Virus record (IMG/VR): IMGVR_UViG_3300009034_000015
Coordinates: 1 to 64,000 of that record
DNA from: a virus
Direction: 5' to 3' (one strand)
DNA: 64,000 nucleotides
Below, piece after piece: positions 1-9,833 of this stretch; the first letter of the stretch is position 1; every line of letters begins with the position of its first letter. The notes under the pieces were generated by a model, which was not told where the DNA came from, made no database searches, and was given only the letters and a program-made list of their open reading frames with translations. A program made the position numbers and the translations under genes.

Positions 1-206
1 ATTTTGTATTAAAAAATTCTCTGTTGCCATTTTAATTTTTAAAAAATCAGTAACTATATTGCAAACCTTAGTTTCTTGAACTAATTTAGCTTTCTTATTT
101 AATATACAAGTTTTACAAAGTCTTAAATCATATTGACTAATATTAGCTAATATAGGTATAGAACATTTATTTCTAATTCTTTCTGCTGTTTCTAATTTCA
201 TTCAAC

Positions 207-365
207 CTAATCATCGATTAAAGATAATAAAATTTGCACTCCAATAATTAAAAATGCAGCTAACCAAATATCTGTTTTTAAACTTTTAAAATCTATAATA
301 ATATAAAGAATACTTAACGACCCACAAGTTACTAAAATAAGCCAAGATATAATTCTTAATCTCAT
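207..365 (-). CDS. Small membrane protein (52 aa, not in ORF track)
   Basis: Hand-translated ORF MRLRIISWLIFSNLWVV... with two hydrophobic segments; ATG overlaps the upstream TAA. Confidence 0.5.
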   Translation of the reverse strand: MRLRIISWLILVTCGSLSILYIIIDFKSLKTDIWLAAFLIIGVQILLSLIDD

Positions 366-850
366 TATTTTATCTCATGAGGAAACGGTTTCTGCAATCT
401 AAAATATAGTAAGCCGTTATCAGTCTCTTTTAAAGTTTCTATTTTCCATGGCAAATATCCATATTCTTTTCCATATTTATTATAATGGGATTCATTTAAT
501 TGAAAATAAGTAAAAGTTTCTTTGTTAAAAAATCTTTTTGTTTCTGGATCTTGAAAAGCAGTTTGACATCTTGCATTAGGAACATAACCTTGGAATATCC
601 CATTAGGTTCTAATACCCTATGCACTTCATTCATTAAAAAAGTTAAGTTCTTAATCTGTTCTAATAAACCTTCACAAGTTACAAGTTTAATTGTTCCATC
701 AAAATAAGGAAATTCATCAATCCCAAGATTTAAAATTAAATCTGCTGGCTGTTTTATATCTATATTTATAAAACCAGGTAAATGCTTCTTGCCACAGCCA
801 AGATTTAACTTTTCAGAAAATTCAGGGAACTCACTCATTATAACCTCCAA
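365..850 (-). CDS. SAM-dependent methyltransferase (Methyltransf_11-like)
   Basis: KLNLGCG motif I, INIDI, and MNEVHRVLEPNG motif. Confidence 0.85.
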   Translation of the reverse strand: MEVIMSEFPEFSEKLNLGCGKKHLPGFINIDIKQPADLILNLGIDEFPYFDGTIKLVTCEGLLEQIKNLTFLMNEVHRVLEPNGIFQGYVPNARCQTAFQDPETKRFFNKETFTYFQLNESHYNKYGKEYGYLPWKIETLKETDNGLLYFRLQKPFPHEIK

Positions 851-1381
851 TTAAAAAATAGAACTTTTAGATTGCATTAATAGAGCTATCCCATGACCAC
901 CTGTTATTAATAAAGGTTGCCTCTCTACGATAGCAGGTATCTTAATTCTAATAGGATAAAAAATCGTTTTTGTAATTTCATCTTTTTCTTTTTTTGAAAT
1001 AGCTCTTAAAATTAAACTAAAGTATCTTGAATTAATAATAGCTTCATTATTAACAAGTTTATTTAATTCTAACTTTTTTAATTCATCTTTAAAAAACTTA
1101 ATTATTTCTGGATAACTTAATTTTCCTGATCCACTTAAATAAGTTTTTCCTTTTTCTTGCTTCTTTAAAATTATATTTTTAGATTTATTTACTTTAATTA
1201 AATGCATTCCGTTTTTAACATCATTAAAAATTTGATTCCATTTAATAAGAAAATATCCATTTGTCCAAATAACTTGCTCTTTATTTATAATTAAATAATT
1301 TATAATTTCAGATGAATCTTCTTTACTAATTAAATTATTATAACAGAATTTTGCTAAATCTTCTAAATCTTCAAACTTCAT
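851..1381 (-). CDS. Hypothetical protein
   Basis: 176-aa ORF abutting both neighbours. Confidence 0.6.
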   Translation of the reverse strand: MKFEDLEDLAKFCYNNLISKEDSSEIINYLIINKEQVIWTNGYFLIKWNQIFNDVKNGMHLIKVNKSKNIILKKQEKGKTYLSGSGKLSYPEIIKFFKDELKKLELNKLVNNEAIINSRYFSLILRAISKKEKDEITKTIFYPIRIKIPAIVERQPLLITGGHGIALLMQSKSSIF

Positions 1382-1654
1382 TTAATTTCCTATCCTTAAA
1401 AACGAATTTCTTTTAACTTCTAAAACCCTAATACTTTCAAAATAAAAAACTTTAACTTTCTTACCCCTTATAATATTATTTTTATCCTTAACAAGTTCAG
1501 TTAAATAAAAAAATTTATCTCTACACTTTTTGCTAAGTAAATTATACTCTAATTTACCTAAATAAATATATTTAGGCCACATTCCAGTTTCTTTAACATA
1601 ATTACTAATTACATCCTTTATCATAGTTTCTATATTATTTTCTTGCTGCCCCAT
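1382..1654 (-). CDS. Hypothetical protein
   Basis: 90-aa ORF, translationally coupled. Confidence 0.6.
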   Translation of the reverse strand: MGQQENNIETMIKDVISNYVKETGMWPKYIYLGKLEYNLLSKKCRDKFFYLTELVKDKNNIIRGKKVKVFYFESIRVLEVKRNSFLRIGN

Positions 1655-2295
1655 TATTTTAAATCCTTCTCTTCTGATATTTTATGAAAAAGTTCTGCTC
1701 CCTCTTTTTGCTCTTTTAAAAAAGTATCATGCCCAAAAACTTGTTCTATTGAAGCATTTCCAATATGTTCAGCAAATGAATCGGTTCTAAATCCTATTTT
1801 ATAACCCATCTTTTTAGCTCTTATAAACCACTCACTATCTTGTCCATAAAACGAGAACCTCTCATCGAATTTTCCTATTAACTCCCAATCACTTTTTTTA
1901 AAGAAAAAACAAAATCCTGATATGATACATTCCCTAAATCCAAATTCTAATGGCTTGTTATAACCTTTTTGTAATGAACCACAATTTGTTGTTATTGGCC
2001 CAACTGCCCCAAGTTTATCTACTATATTAAAAGTTTCTATTAAATTATATAACCAACCTTCGTGAGTTACAAAAGCATCTGAATCTATAATTCCTAAATA
2101 TTCATAAGGAGAATCAATAACAAACTGATTCCATACCTTACTCATATTTAAATCCATAGTTTCTTTTCTATTATCAAATATCTGCAAACGATAAGGATAG
2201 TTTGTATATTTAATAAAATTAGAAATTGATTTAGTTTCAATATCTAATGATTTGAACTTTAAAAATAAAATATCTACTCTATCTTGTTCTTTCAT
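1654..2295 (-). CDS. Glycosyltransferase family 2
   Basis: IIDSD DxD motif, ISGFCFFF, GKFDERF..YGQDSEW..RA; start taken at the ATG at 2295, which overlaps the upstream stop. Confidence 0.85.
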   Translation of the reverse strand: MKEQDRVDILFLKFKSLDIETKSISNFIKYTNYPYRLQIFDNRKETMDLNMSKVWNQFVIDSPYEYLGIIDSDAFVTHEGWLYNLIETFNIVDKLGAVGPITTNCGSLQKGYNKPLEFGFRECIISGFCFFFKKSDWELIGKFDERFSFYGQDSEWFIRAKKMGYKIGFRTDSFAEHIGNASIEQVFGHDTFLKEQKEGAELFHKISEEKDLK

Positions 2296-2447
2296 TAATC
2301 CTCCACCACCCACCAGGGCTTAATATATTTTTCTACCTTTTGTTGTAATACAAGATGGCTAATTAATACTTCTTGATTATTTTCTGATAGAACTGTTTTA
2401 ATATCCCATTCTCTAATCAATTCTCTTTTTACAAGTATTTCTTTCAT
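2295..2447 (-). CDS. Hypothetical protein (50 aa, not in ORF track)
   Basis: Hand-translated MKEILVKRELIREWDIK...; start and stop overlap both neighbours. Confidence 0.55.
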   Translation of the reverse strand: MKEILVKRELIREWDIKTVLSENNQEVLISHLVLQQKVEKYIKPWWVVED

Positions 2448-2659
2448 CCCAGCTCCTTTAGGAATTGGTTAACAGAAGATATAGTTAAGAATGATTTATA
2501 TATATTTCTTGTTCCTTTTCTAAAATCTATTATAATAAAATACCTTACTTTTGCACTAAAGGAACCCGCAGTCTTATCTATAATAATTTTACGAAGTTTT
2601 ATCTTTTTTCTCACAGCCCAAATCCTATCGTGATATTCCTTTACTTCATCTGCGGTCAT
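2444..2659 (-). CDS. Hypothetical protein
   Basis: 71-aa ORF with ATGA overlaps. Confidence 0.6.
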   Translation of the reverse strand: MTADEVKEYHDRIWAVRKKIKLRKIIIDKTAGSFSAKVRYFIIIDFRKGTRNIYKSFLTISSVNQFLKELG

Positions 2660-2838
2660 AACTCCTCCTCTGTTATAACTTCTTGCCCATCTACTTTAAG
2701 CCAATGAACATCGTCTTTCTTTTTTCTTCTTTTCCATGTAGCTTTAATATTAGTCTTAATTAAAATTCTTAGAATATTTTGAAACCATCTTCCCTTTGTT
2801 TTTTCAACTGGCCAACCAAGCTTATTTCTTAATAGCAT
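2656..2838 (-). CDS. Small basic protein, paralog of 63826..63996
   Basis: GGAGGGAG RBS; 26 of the first 38 residues identical to the ORF at the window's right end. Confidence 0.7.
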   Translation of the reverse strand: MLLRNKLGWPVEKTKGRWFQNILRILIKTNIKATWKRRKKKDDVHWLKVDGQEVITEEEL

Positions 2839-2895
2839 ACTCCCTCCTCAACCCACCCCTCCCGTTGCACACCGGGCACGCCTTACCGTCAATAA

Positions 2896-4122
2896 TTATT
2901 TCTTTAACCATTGATTTATTATCTTTACAATATACTTTACTTCCTTCCACAGCAAATTTGCTCTTATTGGAACATACACATATCTCTTTTCAATCCAATT
3001 CATATTTGGTAAGTTCCATCTCTTACCTCCAAAGATAGAAAATAAATCATTCCTTATATGACAAAGACTTGTCTCAATTCCATAAGCAGCCATATATTCC
3101 ATAAACTCTGCTCTTTCAAAAATATATAAAGGAAATAACCAATATGAATTATGAGGATTATAAAATTCAGTAGGTAGACATTTAACATTCCCATCATAAT
3201 AATTTATATTTTCAAAATAAAATTTAGCAATCTTTTTTCTTTTATTTAAATTACTAAAGAAAGTATCTAATTCACCTAAACCTATGCTTGCAGCAATATC
3301 ATTCATGTGATATTTAAAACCAGATTCTTTTATATCATAAGTTAATTCTTGCTTTAAATCATCCCAGGCTTTCCAGCCCATCCCTTTCTTTGCTTCACGA
3401 TCAATCCCAAACCATCTTAATCTTTTAGCCAATTTATAAGTTTCTTCATCAGGGCAACAAAGTAAACCTCCATCTCCAGTCGTTAAACTTTTAATAGCTT
3501 GAAATGAAAAACAAACAAAAGATTTAGAAGAATCCCCAATCCATTTCTCTACTATCGGAAAATAATTTTTTTCTTTTCCTTGTTTAGTTGTAATTGAATC
3601 AGAATATTGCGATCCTAAAGCTTGACAAGCATCTTCTATAATTGGAATATTATATTTTTCTGATATATTATAAATTTTATCTAAATCTAAAATAGGCATG
3701 CCGCCTAAATGAACTAACATAATTGCAGTATTATTTAATAAATGATTATTCTTCCTATAAAGTATCATACTATATAAATTATCATAATCAATATTCATAG
3801 TTTCTTTATCTATATCTATAAATTCTAAATTACAATTATTATTTATTATAACCTGATTTGTAGCTGTGCAAGTTAAAATTGGACTAAAGAATCTTAACGA
3901 ACCTTTACTTTCCATATTTATAATCTTAACAGCTAAATCTAAAGCAGCAGTTCCAGAGTTTACAAGAACAGGATATTGAAAACCAAAAAGCTTTTTAAAT
4001 TCATTTTCTAATTCATCAACCCTTTCAGCCTGACCAATCCAACGAGTTGACATAGTTTTATATGCTAAGTCTTTTGCTTTTTTACTGAGCTGAGGTTTAA
4101 ACATAGGGATTTTAATTTCCAT
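2896..4122 (-). CDS. DegT/DnrJ/EryC1/StrS family PLP-dependent sugar aminotransferase
   Basis: VNSGTAAL, IIEDACQALG, FSFQAIKSLTTGDGG (PLP lysine), GFKYHMNDIAASIG. Confidence 0.93.
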   Translation of the reverse strand: MEIKIPMFKPQLSKKAKDLAYKTMSTRWIGQAERVDELENEFKKLFGFQYPVLVNSGTAALDLAVKIINMESKGSLRFFSPILTCTATNQVIINNNCNLEFIDIDKETMNIDYDNLYSMILYRKNNHLLNNTAIMLVHLGGMPILDLDKIYNISEKYNIPIIEDACQALGSQYSDSITTKQGKEKNYFPIVEKWIGDSSKSFVCFSFQAIKSLTTGDGGLLCCPDEETYKLAKRLRWFGIDREAKKGMGWKAWDDLKQELTYDIKESGFKYHMNDIAASIGLGELDTFFSNLNKRKKIAKFYFENINYYDGNVKCLPTEFYNPHNSYWLFPLYIFERAEFMEYMAAYGIETSLCHIRNDLFSIFGGKRWNLPNMNWIEKRYVYVPIRANLLWKEVKYIVKIINQWLKK

Positions 4123-4131
4123 TTTAAACTC

Positions 4132-4425
4132 CTAATTAATAGTAATCCTATCTTGTAATTTTAAATCTACAAATTTTTCAATTTCACATTTATCACAAGC
4201 TTGATACCTTTGAAACAACCTACCATGTATTATGATAACTGTTTTAATTTTACAAAATGGACATTCAACAATCACTTCATTAACTTCAGCATTAATAGCC
4301 TTAATAATATTAGCTTCTTTTTGCCTCTCAATTTCATTTATTAATTCAGTTTTAATCCAAGCAAGAAAGGGTAATTTTAAAATAAACTTTATAGTATAAT
4401 AAATAATAGAAATATATTTTTTCAT
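4132..4425 (-). CDS. Hypothetical Zn-ribbon protein
   Basis: CPFC...CDKC pairs, hydrophobic N-terminus. Confidence 0.6.
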   Translation of the reverse strand: MKKYISIIYYTIKFILKLPFLAWIKTELINEIERQKEANIIKAINAEVNEVIVECPFCKIKTVIIIHGRLFQRYQACDKCEIEKFVDLKLQDRITIN

Positions 4426-4426
4426 T

Positions 4427-4891
4427 TTAAACTCCTAAAGGAATATTATAAGCTCTTTTCATTCCACAAATTAAATCTATTTCAATAGGAAAAATTACAG
4501 TAGATTCTAAACATAATCGAATTAACCATTTTAAATTATAAATAGTATTAATTTTATCAGAAGAAATTTCATTCACTTGATAAATTAATAAATCTTCCTC
4601 AGTCATTTTCTTAGCATATTCTAATTTGCCAATTGAAGCATAAAAATAAACTAAACAATCTGGAGTGTTCATTTTTACTTTTAATTTCCACCAATCAATT
4701 TGTAAATCCGTTTCCTCTTTAAATTCCCTTTTTATGGCATCATAAGGAGATTCATTCTGCTCTACTTTACCACCTATTCCATTTAATCTACCTACTTGCC
4801 AATCAGGCTTCTTTTTCCTAATTAATAAAACTGATTTTAAATCTTTAGAAAATAAAAAACCAACTACATAACTATCTTTTATTTCTTGCAT
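4427..4891 (-). CDS. NUDIX hydrolase
   Basis: Nudix box GGKVEQNESPYDAIKREFKEETDL. Confidence 0.92.
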   Translation of the reverse strand: MQEIKDSYVVGFLFSKDLKSVLLIRKKKPDWQVGRLNGIGGKVEQNESPYDAIKREFKEETDLQIDWWKLKVKMNTPDCLVYFYASIGKLEYAKKMTEEDLLIYQVNEISSDKINTIYNLKWLIRLCLESTVIFPIEIDLICGMKRAYNIPLGV

Positions 4892-4902
4892 TCTTAAATC
4901 CT

Positions 4903-5106
4903 TTAATAAATAAATCTATGAATAATTTCTCTTAAACTAAAACCAAAGGAATTTGATAAACTAATTATTATTTCCATCATTTTTTCTATTTGATGATCTT
5001 TAAATTTACAATTACTTAAATATCTAATTTCATCTACTAATTCAGTTTCAGAATATATACTTGTAATGCTTAATCGTTTAGCTAAATGAATTTCTATTGG
5101 TCTCAT
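4903..5106 (-). CDS. Hypothetical protein
   Basis: 67-aa coupled ORF. Confidence 0.55.
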   Translation of the reverse strand: MRPIEIHLAKRLSITSIYSETELVDEIRYLSNCKFKDHQIEKMMEIIISLSNSFGFSLREIIHRFIY

Positions 5107-5381
5107 TTCTTTTTCTTTTTAAACATATCTTTAATAAAATTATTAAATTTAAAATGAGGATACCTATGTTTTCCTATTATAATTTTATCACCTGTCTTTG
5201 GATTCCTACTTTTATGTTTATTCCTATTCTTAACAGTAAAGACTCCAAAGTTTACTATTCTAACTTTAACACCTTTTTTTAATTCAGTAATTATTAAATG
5301 AAAAAGATATTTTATTTGAGTTTTAGGAATCCCAGAATCTTTTGATAACTGAGTAATATTTGTAGTTTTCTTTTGATTCAT
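5103..5381 (-). CDS. hup: HU/IHF-family DNA-binding protein
   Basis: VRIVNFGVF...SRNPKTGDKI..PHFK signature. Confidence 0.9.
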   Translation of the reverse strand: MNQKKTTNITQLSKDSGIPKTQIKYLFHLIITELKKGVKVRIVNFGVFTVKNRNKHKSRNPKTGDKIIIGKHRYPHFKFNNFIKDMFKKKKK

Positions 5382-5851
5382 TATTTTCTCCTTAACTCCA
5401 TAAAAGGATCAATAAATACAATCTTCATAACTCCTCTATCTTTTTGAGATAAATCAAAAGGTATTGGCCTAATTTTAATAAAAGCATTTAGAGCTAATGC
5501 CCTTTCAGCATCTATGCAAGTTCTATCTCCACCTTTAGCTCCAATAGAATGAAACCTATCTAAACATAACTCAACATGAGTTGCTTTACCAGACATATTT
5601 ATTTTAAACCATAAGCAACCTTTATATGGCTTAAATACCTCATTTTTATTTAACTTTCTTAAAAGTGCATCAGCAGTATAATCTGATTTAGATTCAATTA
5701 TACCAATAGCTTGTAAAACTTCTAAAACAAAACCAGAACAATCAAACCCAGAAGGATCATCCCCTCCCCATTTATAAACAGTTCCAATATATCTTTTAGC
5801 ATAATCAATAGCTAACCGTAATTTTAAACTTAATCTAAATAATCCAAACAT
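5381..5851 (-). CDS. NlpC/P60 peptidoglycan peptidase (probable endolysin)
   Basis: YKWGG..GFDCSGFV catalytic Cys and THV His; start taken at the ATG at 5851 after AAGGAG. Confidence 0.88.
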   Translation of the reverse strand: MFGLFRLSLKLRLAIDYAKRYIGTVYKWGGDDPSGFDCSGFVLEVLQAIGIIESKSDYTADALLRKLNKNEVFKPYKGCLWFKINMSGKATHVELCLDRFHSIGAKGGDRTCIDAERALALNAFIKIRPIPFDLSQKDRGVMKIVFIDPFMELRRK

Positions 5852-5988
5852 TTTAAACTCCTTTCTTTTAACGACATTTTTTATGAACCCAAATCGAAGG
5901 AGCATTTAAACCTTTCTGCTTAACCTTCGTTCTATTTTTATGTTTAATCCTCTTTTTACACTTTGGGCAGATAGCCATTTTCTTTTCC

Positions 5989-6405
5989 CTATTTATTTAT
6001 ATCTTTCATTGCCGATTTACTATTAAGTAATTCTTGTTCAGCATTTAATAATTTAGTAAACTCATCAAGCTTCATAATTATTAAATGATCTTTCTTAGTT
6101 ATCTTTTTATTTACATTAGTTTGTTTAATCATAAGATAACGAATTTTTGGCTCTTCAAGCCAATCATATAATTGAGTAAACCCTTTGTCCCTTACCTTTA
6201 CTGAGACTCGCCTTACAACTTTCTTGATTCCTTTAGTTACCCTTATAATCAAATCACCAGTATAATTACCACCTTCAGCCCCAGACCTTGGAACTTTATC
6301 AGCAACGATACCGCCATCCAATAATTTCTTTAGAGCAAATCTTTCACCTCTTCCACCTTTTCTTTTAGCAAATCTTCCTCTTTCTTGAGCTGTAGCTTTT
6401 TTCAT
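5989..6405 (-). CDS. Holliday junction resolvase (Hjc-like PD-(D/E)XK)
   Basis: KRKGGRGER, PRSGA, GDL and SVK motifs; lies in the recombination cluster. Confidence 0.7.
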   Translation of the reverse strand: MKKATAQERGRFAKRKGGRGERFALKKLLDGGIVADKVPRSGAEGGNYTGDLIIRVTKGIKKVVRRVSVKVRDKGFTQLYDWLEEPKIRYLMIKQTNVNKKITKKDHLIIMKLDEFTKLLNAEQELLNSKSAMKDINK

Positions 6406-6416
6406 TTTTGCCTCCT

Positions 6417-6803
6417 TTAATGCCTAAGTTCAACAATATTCTTTCCATCAACTCTTAAACTTACACAAGTTCCTCTATAAGATGTAGCCACTTTTGTTTT
6501 TATTTCTGGTTCTGGTTTTTTTAATTCTTTATTAATTTTAGTTTCTACACTTTTTAAATAATCTAAAGGTAAATCATACAAAGCATCTTTAAGAATAGCC
6601 ATAAGATTAACACCAGGTTGGTCAGCTATAGTTTTTGCTAATTTATCAATTCGTTCATCATACTCTTTTAAATTTATTTCTACATAAGTTATTTCATGCC
6701 CACGATGGCATTTAGCTTTATAAAGAGTTGATCCTCGTTTAAGCATAGAATTGTGTGGATTGCCATCTGTCAGAATCAACTTTTTATCATTTGATTTTTC
6801 CAT
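6417..6803 (-). CDS. Hypothetical protein
   Basis: 128-aa ORF with GAGGTG RBS. Confidence 0.65.
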   Translation of the reverse strand: MEKSNDKKLILTDGNPHNSMLKRGSTLYKAKCHRGHEITYVEINLKEYDERIDKLAKTIADQPGVNLMAILKDALYDLPLDYLKSVETKINKELKKPEPEIKTKVATSYRGTCVSLRVDGKNIVELRH

Positions 6804-6820
6804 TCCACACCTCTTTTAAA

Positions 6821-7522
6821 TTATTTTAATTTCCAGCAAATTTTACGAAAATCACATCCACCAGAACTTCCATCTTTTGTTTTCCAGTAGCACGGATATT
6901 TGTTCTGTGAACTATGCTCTCTTTTAGGAAGCTTCCTTTCTTCAAGGCATTCCTTTAATTTATTCATTCTTTTATCTATAATCCCATTTGATAATCTAAA
7001 TCCAGTATTATCAATAGAAAATGGTATTAATTCAAAAGTATCTTTTACTACATAAATTAATTTACCTTTATAAGTTTTTAAGAAAAAATGCAAATAAGCT
7101 ATTAACTGTAATTTATGCTCCTTCTTAGGCAATCCAAAATGTTTAGCACCTTCCCTAATACTTTTAACTTCTACTAAAATATTTTCTTCTTCTGCCTTAA
7201 TCCAAAAATCAGCATGACCAATAATAGGAGTTCCATCTAAATTTTTATAAGGAGTTTCTATTTCAACTTGCTTTTCTATATTCTCTTTTCCATATTCTTT
7301 TTTATAAATTTTATGAACAAAATTTTCACACAGATGGCCAGCCTCAAAAATAGATAATGTTTTTAAACCAGGTTCTTTTCTTGGATAACCTAAAGCAGAA
7401 TAAACCTGGGCTCTGAGGCAGCCACCTATTCCAGATAGCCTTACCTGACCTTCTGGAAATAACTCTTTATCCTTTATTCTTTTATGTTTTAAATATTTCT
7501 TTTTAAGTTTATTTATTTTCAT
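6821..7522 (-). CDS. Cas4-like PD-(D/E)XK exonuclease
   Basis: N-terminal CLR plus three C-terminal Cys (Fe-S pattern), GHAD, VEVKS, QLIAY. Confidence 0.85.
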   Translation of the reverse strand: MKINKLKKKYLKHKRIKDKELFPEGQVRLSGIGGCLRAQVYSALGYPRKEPGLKTLSIFEAGHLCENFVHKIYKKEYGKENIEKQVEIETPYKNLDGTPIIGHADFWIKAEEENILVEVKSIREGAKHFGLPKKEHKLQLIAYLHFFLKTYKGKLIYVVKDTFELIPFSIDNTGFRLSNGIIDKRMNKLKECLEERKLPKREHSSQNKYPCYWKTKDGSSGGCDFRKICWKLK

Positions 7523-8568
7523 CTTTTTAATTCTTTTTTAATTAGCTTCCTAATGTCTTTATTTTTTCTTAGAAACAACCTTAATTGCCTTTCACCTGAA
7601 AAAGTTTCTTCAAATAAATTTGAAATAAATCTTTCTTTTTCTTCCCCTTTAATTTTAACTTTACCTTTCCAAATTATTTCTTGATAAATAGCCTCAGCCA
7701 TTAATTCCCTTGTTTTATCAAATCCTATTTTACATTCACCCTTGCCATTAGAAGTAAAGAAATAACCAGACTCATCTGGATAACCTACCTTATTTTTTTC
7801 TACTAAGAAATAATGCCTTTTACCTACTTTTACTTTATCCTCTCCATCTACTCTTTCTTTGGTTTCACCAGCTAAATGGATTCTTATCCTAACAGAAGCA
7901 TAAAAACTTAAAGCCTCACCACAGGTAGATTTAAAAGCTGGTTCCCAGGGTTTTCGCCCCACATTAACTCGTTCTTGATTTATTATTATTAAACAAACAT
8001 TTGATTTACCTAATAATGAAATTACTATTCTCATCCATTGCGACATTAAGTTAGCTTGCAATCCATAATTTTTTGCTCCAACTAATCCTTTCTGTTCTGC
8101 TTCTGGAACCATATTAGTTGCGCTATCTACTCCAATAAAAAATAATTTATCTTTAGGAATCTTACCTTTTTCTTGAGCTTCGTTAAAATTAAGAATCATT
8201 TTATTTATACTATTAGAGCCATCTTCAAAATTAATTGGGTTATTATAAAGGCATTTACTTAAATCTAACCCTAAATACTTTGACCACTTTTTATTCCCTG
8301 CCCTTTCTACATCTGAGAAAGCAACATAATGACCAAGCTTTAAAGCAGAGATTAATATACCAATAAGAAAAGAAGTCTTTCCACCTGCCCCAGGGCCATG
8401 TATTTCCCAAACACAACCTACTGGGGCACCACCTATTCTAATAGCTCTATTAAATGAATTAAAAATTGTAGGAATATAAATAAGCTCCTCTTCATCTTCA
8501 AAAGAAGATACAGAAATATCATTAGTAATTAAATCAAAATCAGTTTTCTTTTTTTTCTTTTTTTTCAT
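7519..8568 (-). CDS. recA: RecA/UvsX-family recombinase
   Basis: EIHGPGAGGKT Walker A, VDS, INQER, GEALSFYASVRI, KNKV. Confidence 0.92.
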   Translation of the reverse strand: MKKKKKKKTDFDLITNDISVSSFEDEEELIYIPTIFNSFNRAIRIGGAPVGCVWEIHGPGAGGKTSFLIGILISALKLGHYVAFSDVERAGNKKWSKYLGLDLSKCLYNNPINFEDGSNSINKMILNFNEAQEKGKIPKDKLFFIGVDSATNMVPEAEQKGLVGAKNYGLQANLMSQWMRIVISLLGKSNVCLIIINQERVNVGRKPWEPAFKSTCGEALSFYASVRIRIHLAGETKERVDGEDKVKVGKRHYFLVEKNKVGYPDESGYFFTSNGKGECKIGFDKTRELMAEAIYQEIIWKGKVKIKGEEKERFISNLFEETFSGERQLRLFLRKNKDIRKLIKKELKR

Positions 8569-8708
8569 TTAATATCTTATTTATTTGTTGTTTATTCCAA
8601 AGGTCTGGAGAAAAAATTCTAAAATAACAACCCTCGATAACTTTAAATTTACAATCTTGACATTTTTTATTTTTACAAGTTTTAATTATTAAATCAATAT
8701 TCATTTAA

Positions 8709-9833
8709 TTAAAATGGAATTTCAAGGTCATTTCCACACTCAGGGCAAGTAGTCTCTTTTTCATCTACTTCTGTATCACAGTCAGGACACACTACCTTTT
8801 CTGATTTACTTTTTTTCTTTTTCTTTTTTTTCTTATTATCTTCTTCATCCTCATCGTCATCTTCGTTTTCATCCTCATCATCATCTTCTTGCTGCTTCTC
8901 TTTTTTCTTCTTTTTCTTTTTATCCTTTACTTCGTCATCGTCCTCATCTTCATCAGAATCTTCAGTATCCTCTTCTTCTTCATCTTCTTTTTCTTTCTTG
9001 CGCTTTTTCTTCTTTTTACTTTTTTCTTCCTCTTCATCTAATCCTTCTACTTTTTCTTCAAGCTTAATTAAAAACTTTTCAAACCTTGGATGCTCAATTG
9101 CTTCCTTCATTAAACTTAAAGTTTTTTCAAACGAAGTAGGATTCACCAAGCCACTTATATCAGGTATTTCAGATTCAAATAATTCCTCTATATCTTCTGT
9201 TGGCTTTTTAGAATTAAAATGAGCATTATACATTTCACTCCCGGCTTTATCAGGGTCATAAGTAGTTTTAATAGCATAAGGATTTTTAAATGGATTACCT
9301 GCATCATCACCTTCCTCTTCCATTTGATCCTTTATCACTGCTGCTATTTTTTCTCCAAGCGTAGTTGTGGTAACTAATTTCCCAATTATAGGATTTTTAA
9401 CTGTTACTGCTATAAAAACAAACTCCCTTCTTGCAGTTAGATTATATCGCCAGTCATAGGTTTTTTTACCAAGTAACTCACCTTTGCAGATTTCAGTCCT
9501 ATTAGCTTTTTTACCAAGCTCAATAATAATCTCATCATCTTCAAGGTCTTCAAACTTATTTAGTTTTTTAATTAACTTATGTATAAAACAGCTATCAGCT
9601 CCAGGGCAGATGATCCTTTCACTAATAACTATCTTTTTAATTTTCTTTCCACCATCATCAGTTTCAACTTCCCTACTAATTAATGCAGGGAATCTATGAA
9701 CCCATCGTTCTTCTATTTCAGATTTAGGATGTAAAAAGAAAATTAATTTACCTTTATCCTTCCAACTAATAATAGAACTTTCTCCACCTCTTTGCTCTGC
9801 TGAATCTAAAAATTGTTTAACTTTCATTTCCAT
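8709..9833 (-). CDS. Probable ssDNA-binding protein with Lys/acidic tail and Zn ribbon
   Basis: Next to RecA; acidic tail; CPDC...CPEC; ends DLEIPF, like the bacterial SSB C-terminal tip. Confidence 0.65.
   Translation of the reverse strand: MEMKVKQFLDSAEQRGGESSIISWKDKGKLIFFLHPKSEIEERWVHRFPALISREVETDDGGKKIKKIVISERIICPGADSCFIHKLIKKLNKFEDLEDDEIIIELGKKANRTEICKGELLGKKTYDWRYNLTARREFVFIAVTVKNPIIGKLVTTTTLGEKIAAVIKDQMEEEGDDAGNPFKNPYAIKTTYDPDKAGSEMYNAHFNSKKPTEDIEELFESEIPDISGLVNPTSFEKTLSLMKEAIEHPRFEKFLIKLEEKVEGLDEEEEKSKKKKKRKKEKEDEEEEDTEDSDEDEDDDEVKDKKKKKKKEKQQEDDDEDENEDDDEDEEDNKKKKKKKKSKSEKVVCPDCDTEVDEKETTCPECGNDLEIPF

Noticed and set aside
6821-7522. Cas4-like gene as evidence of a CRISPR-Cas system
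   Set aside because: Solo Cas4-like nucleases are common in phage recombination modules; no other cas gene or array is present
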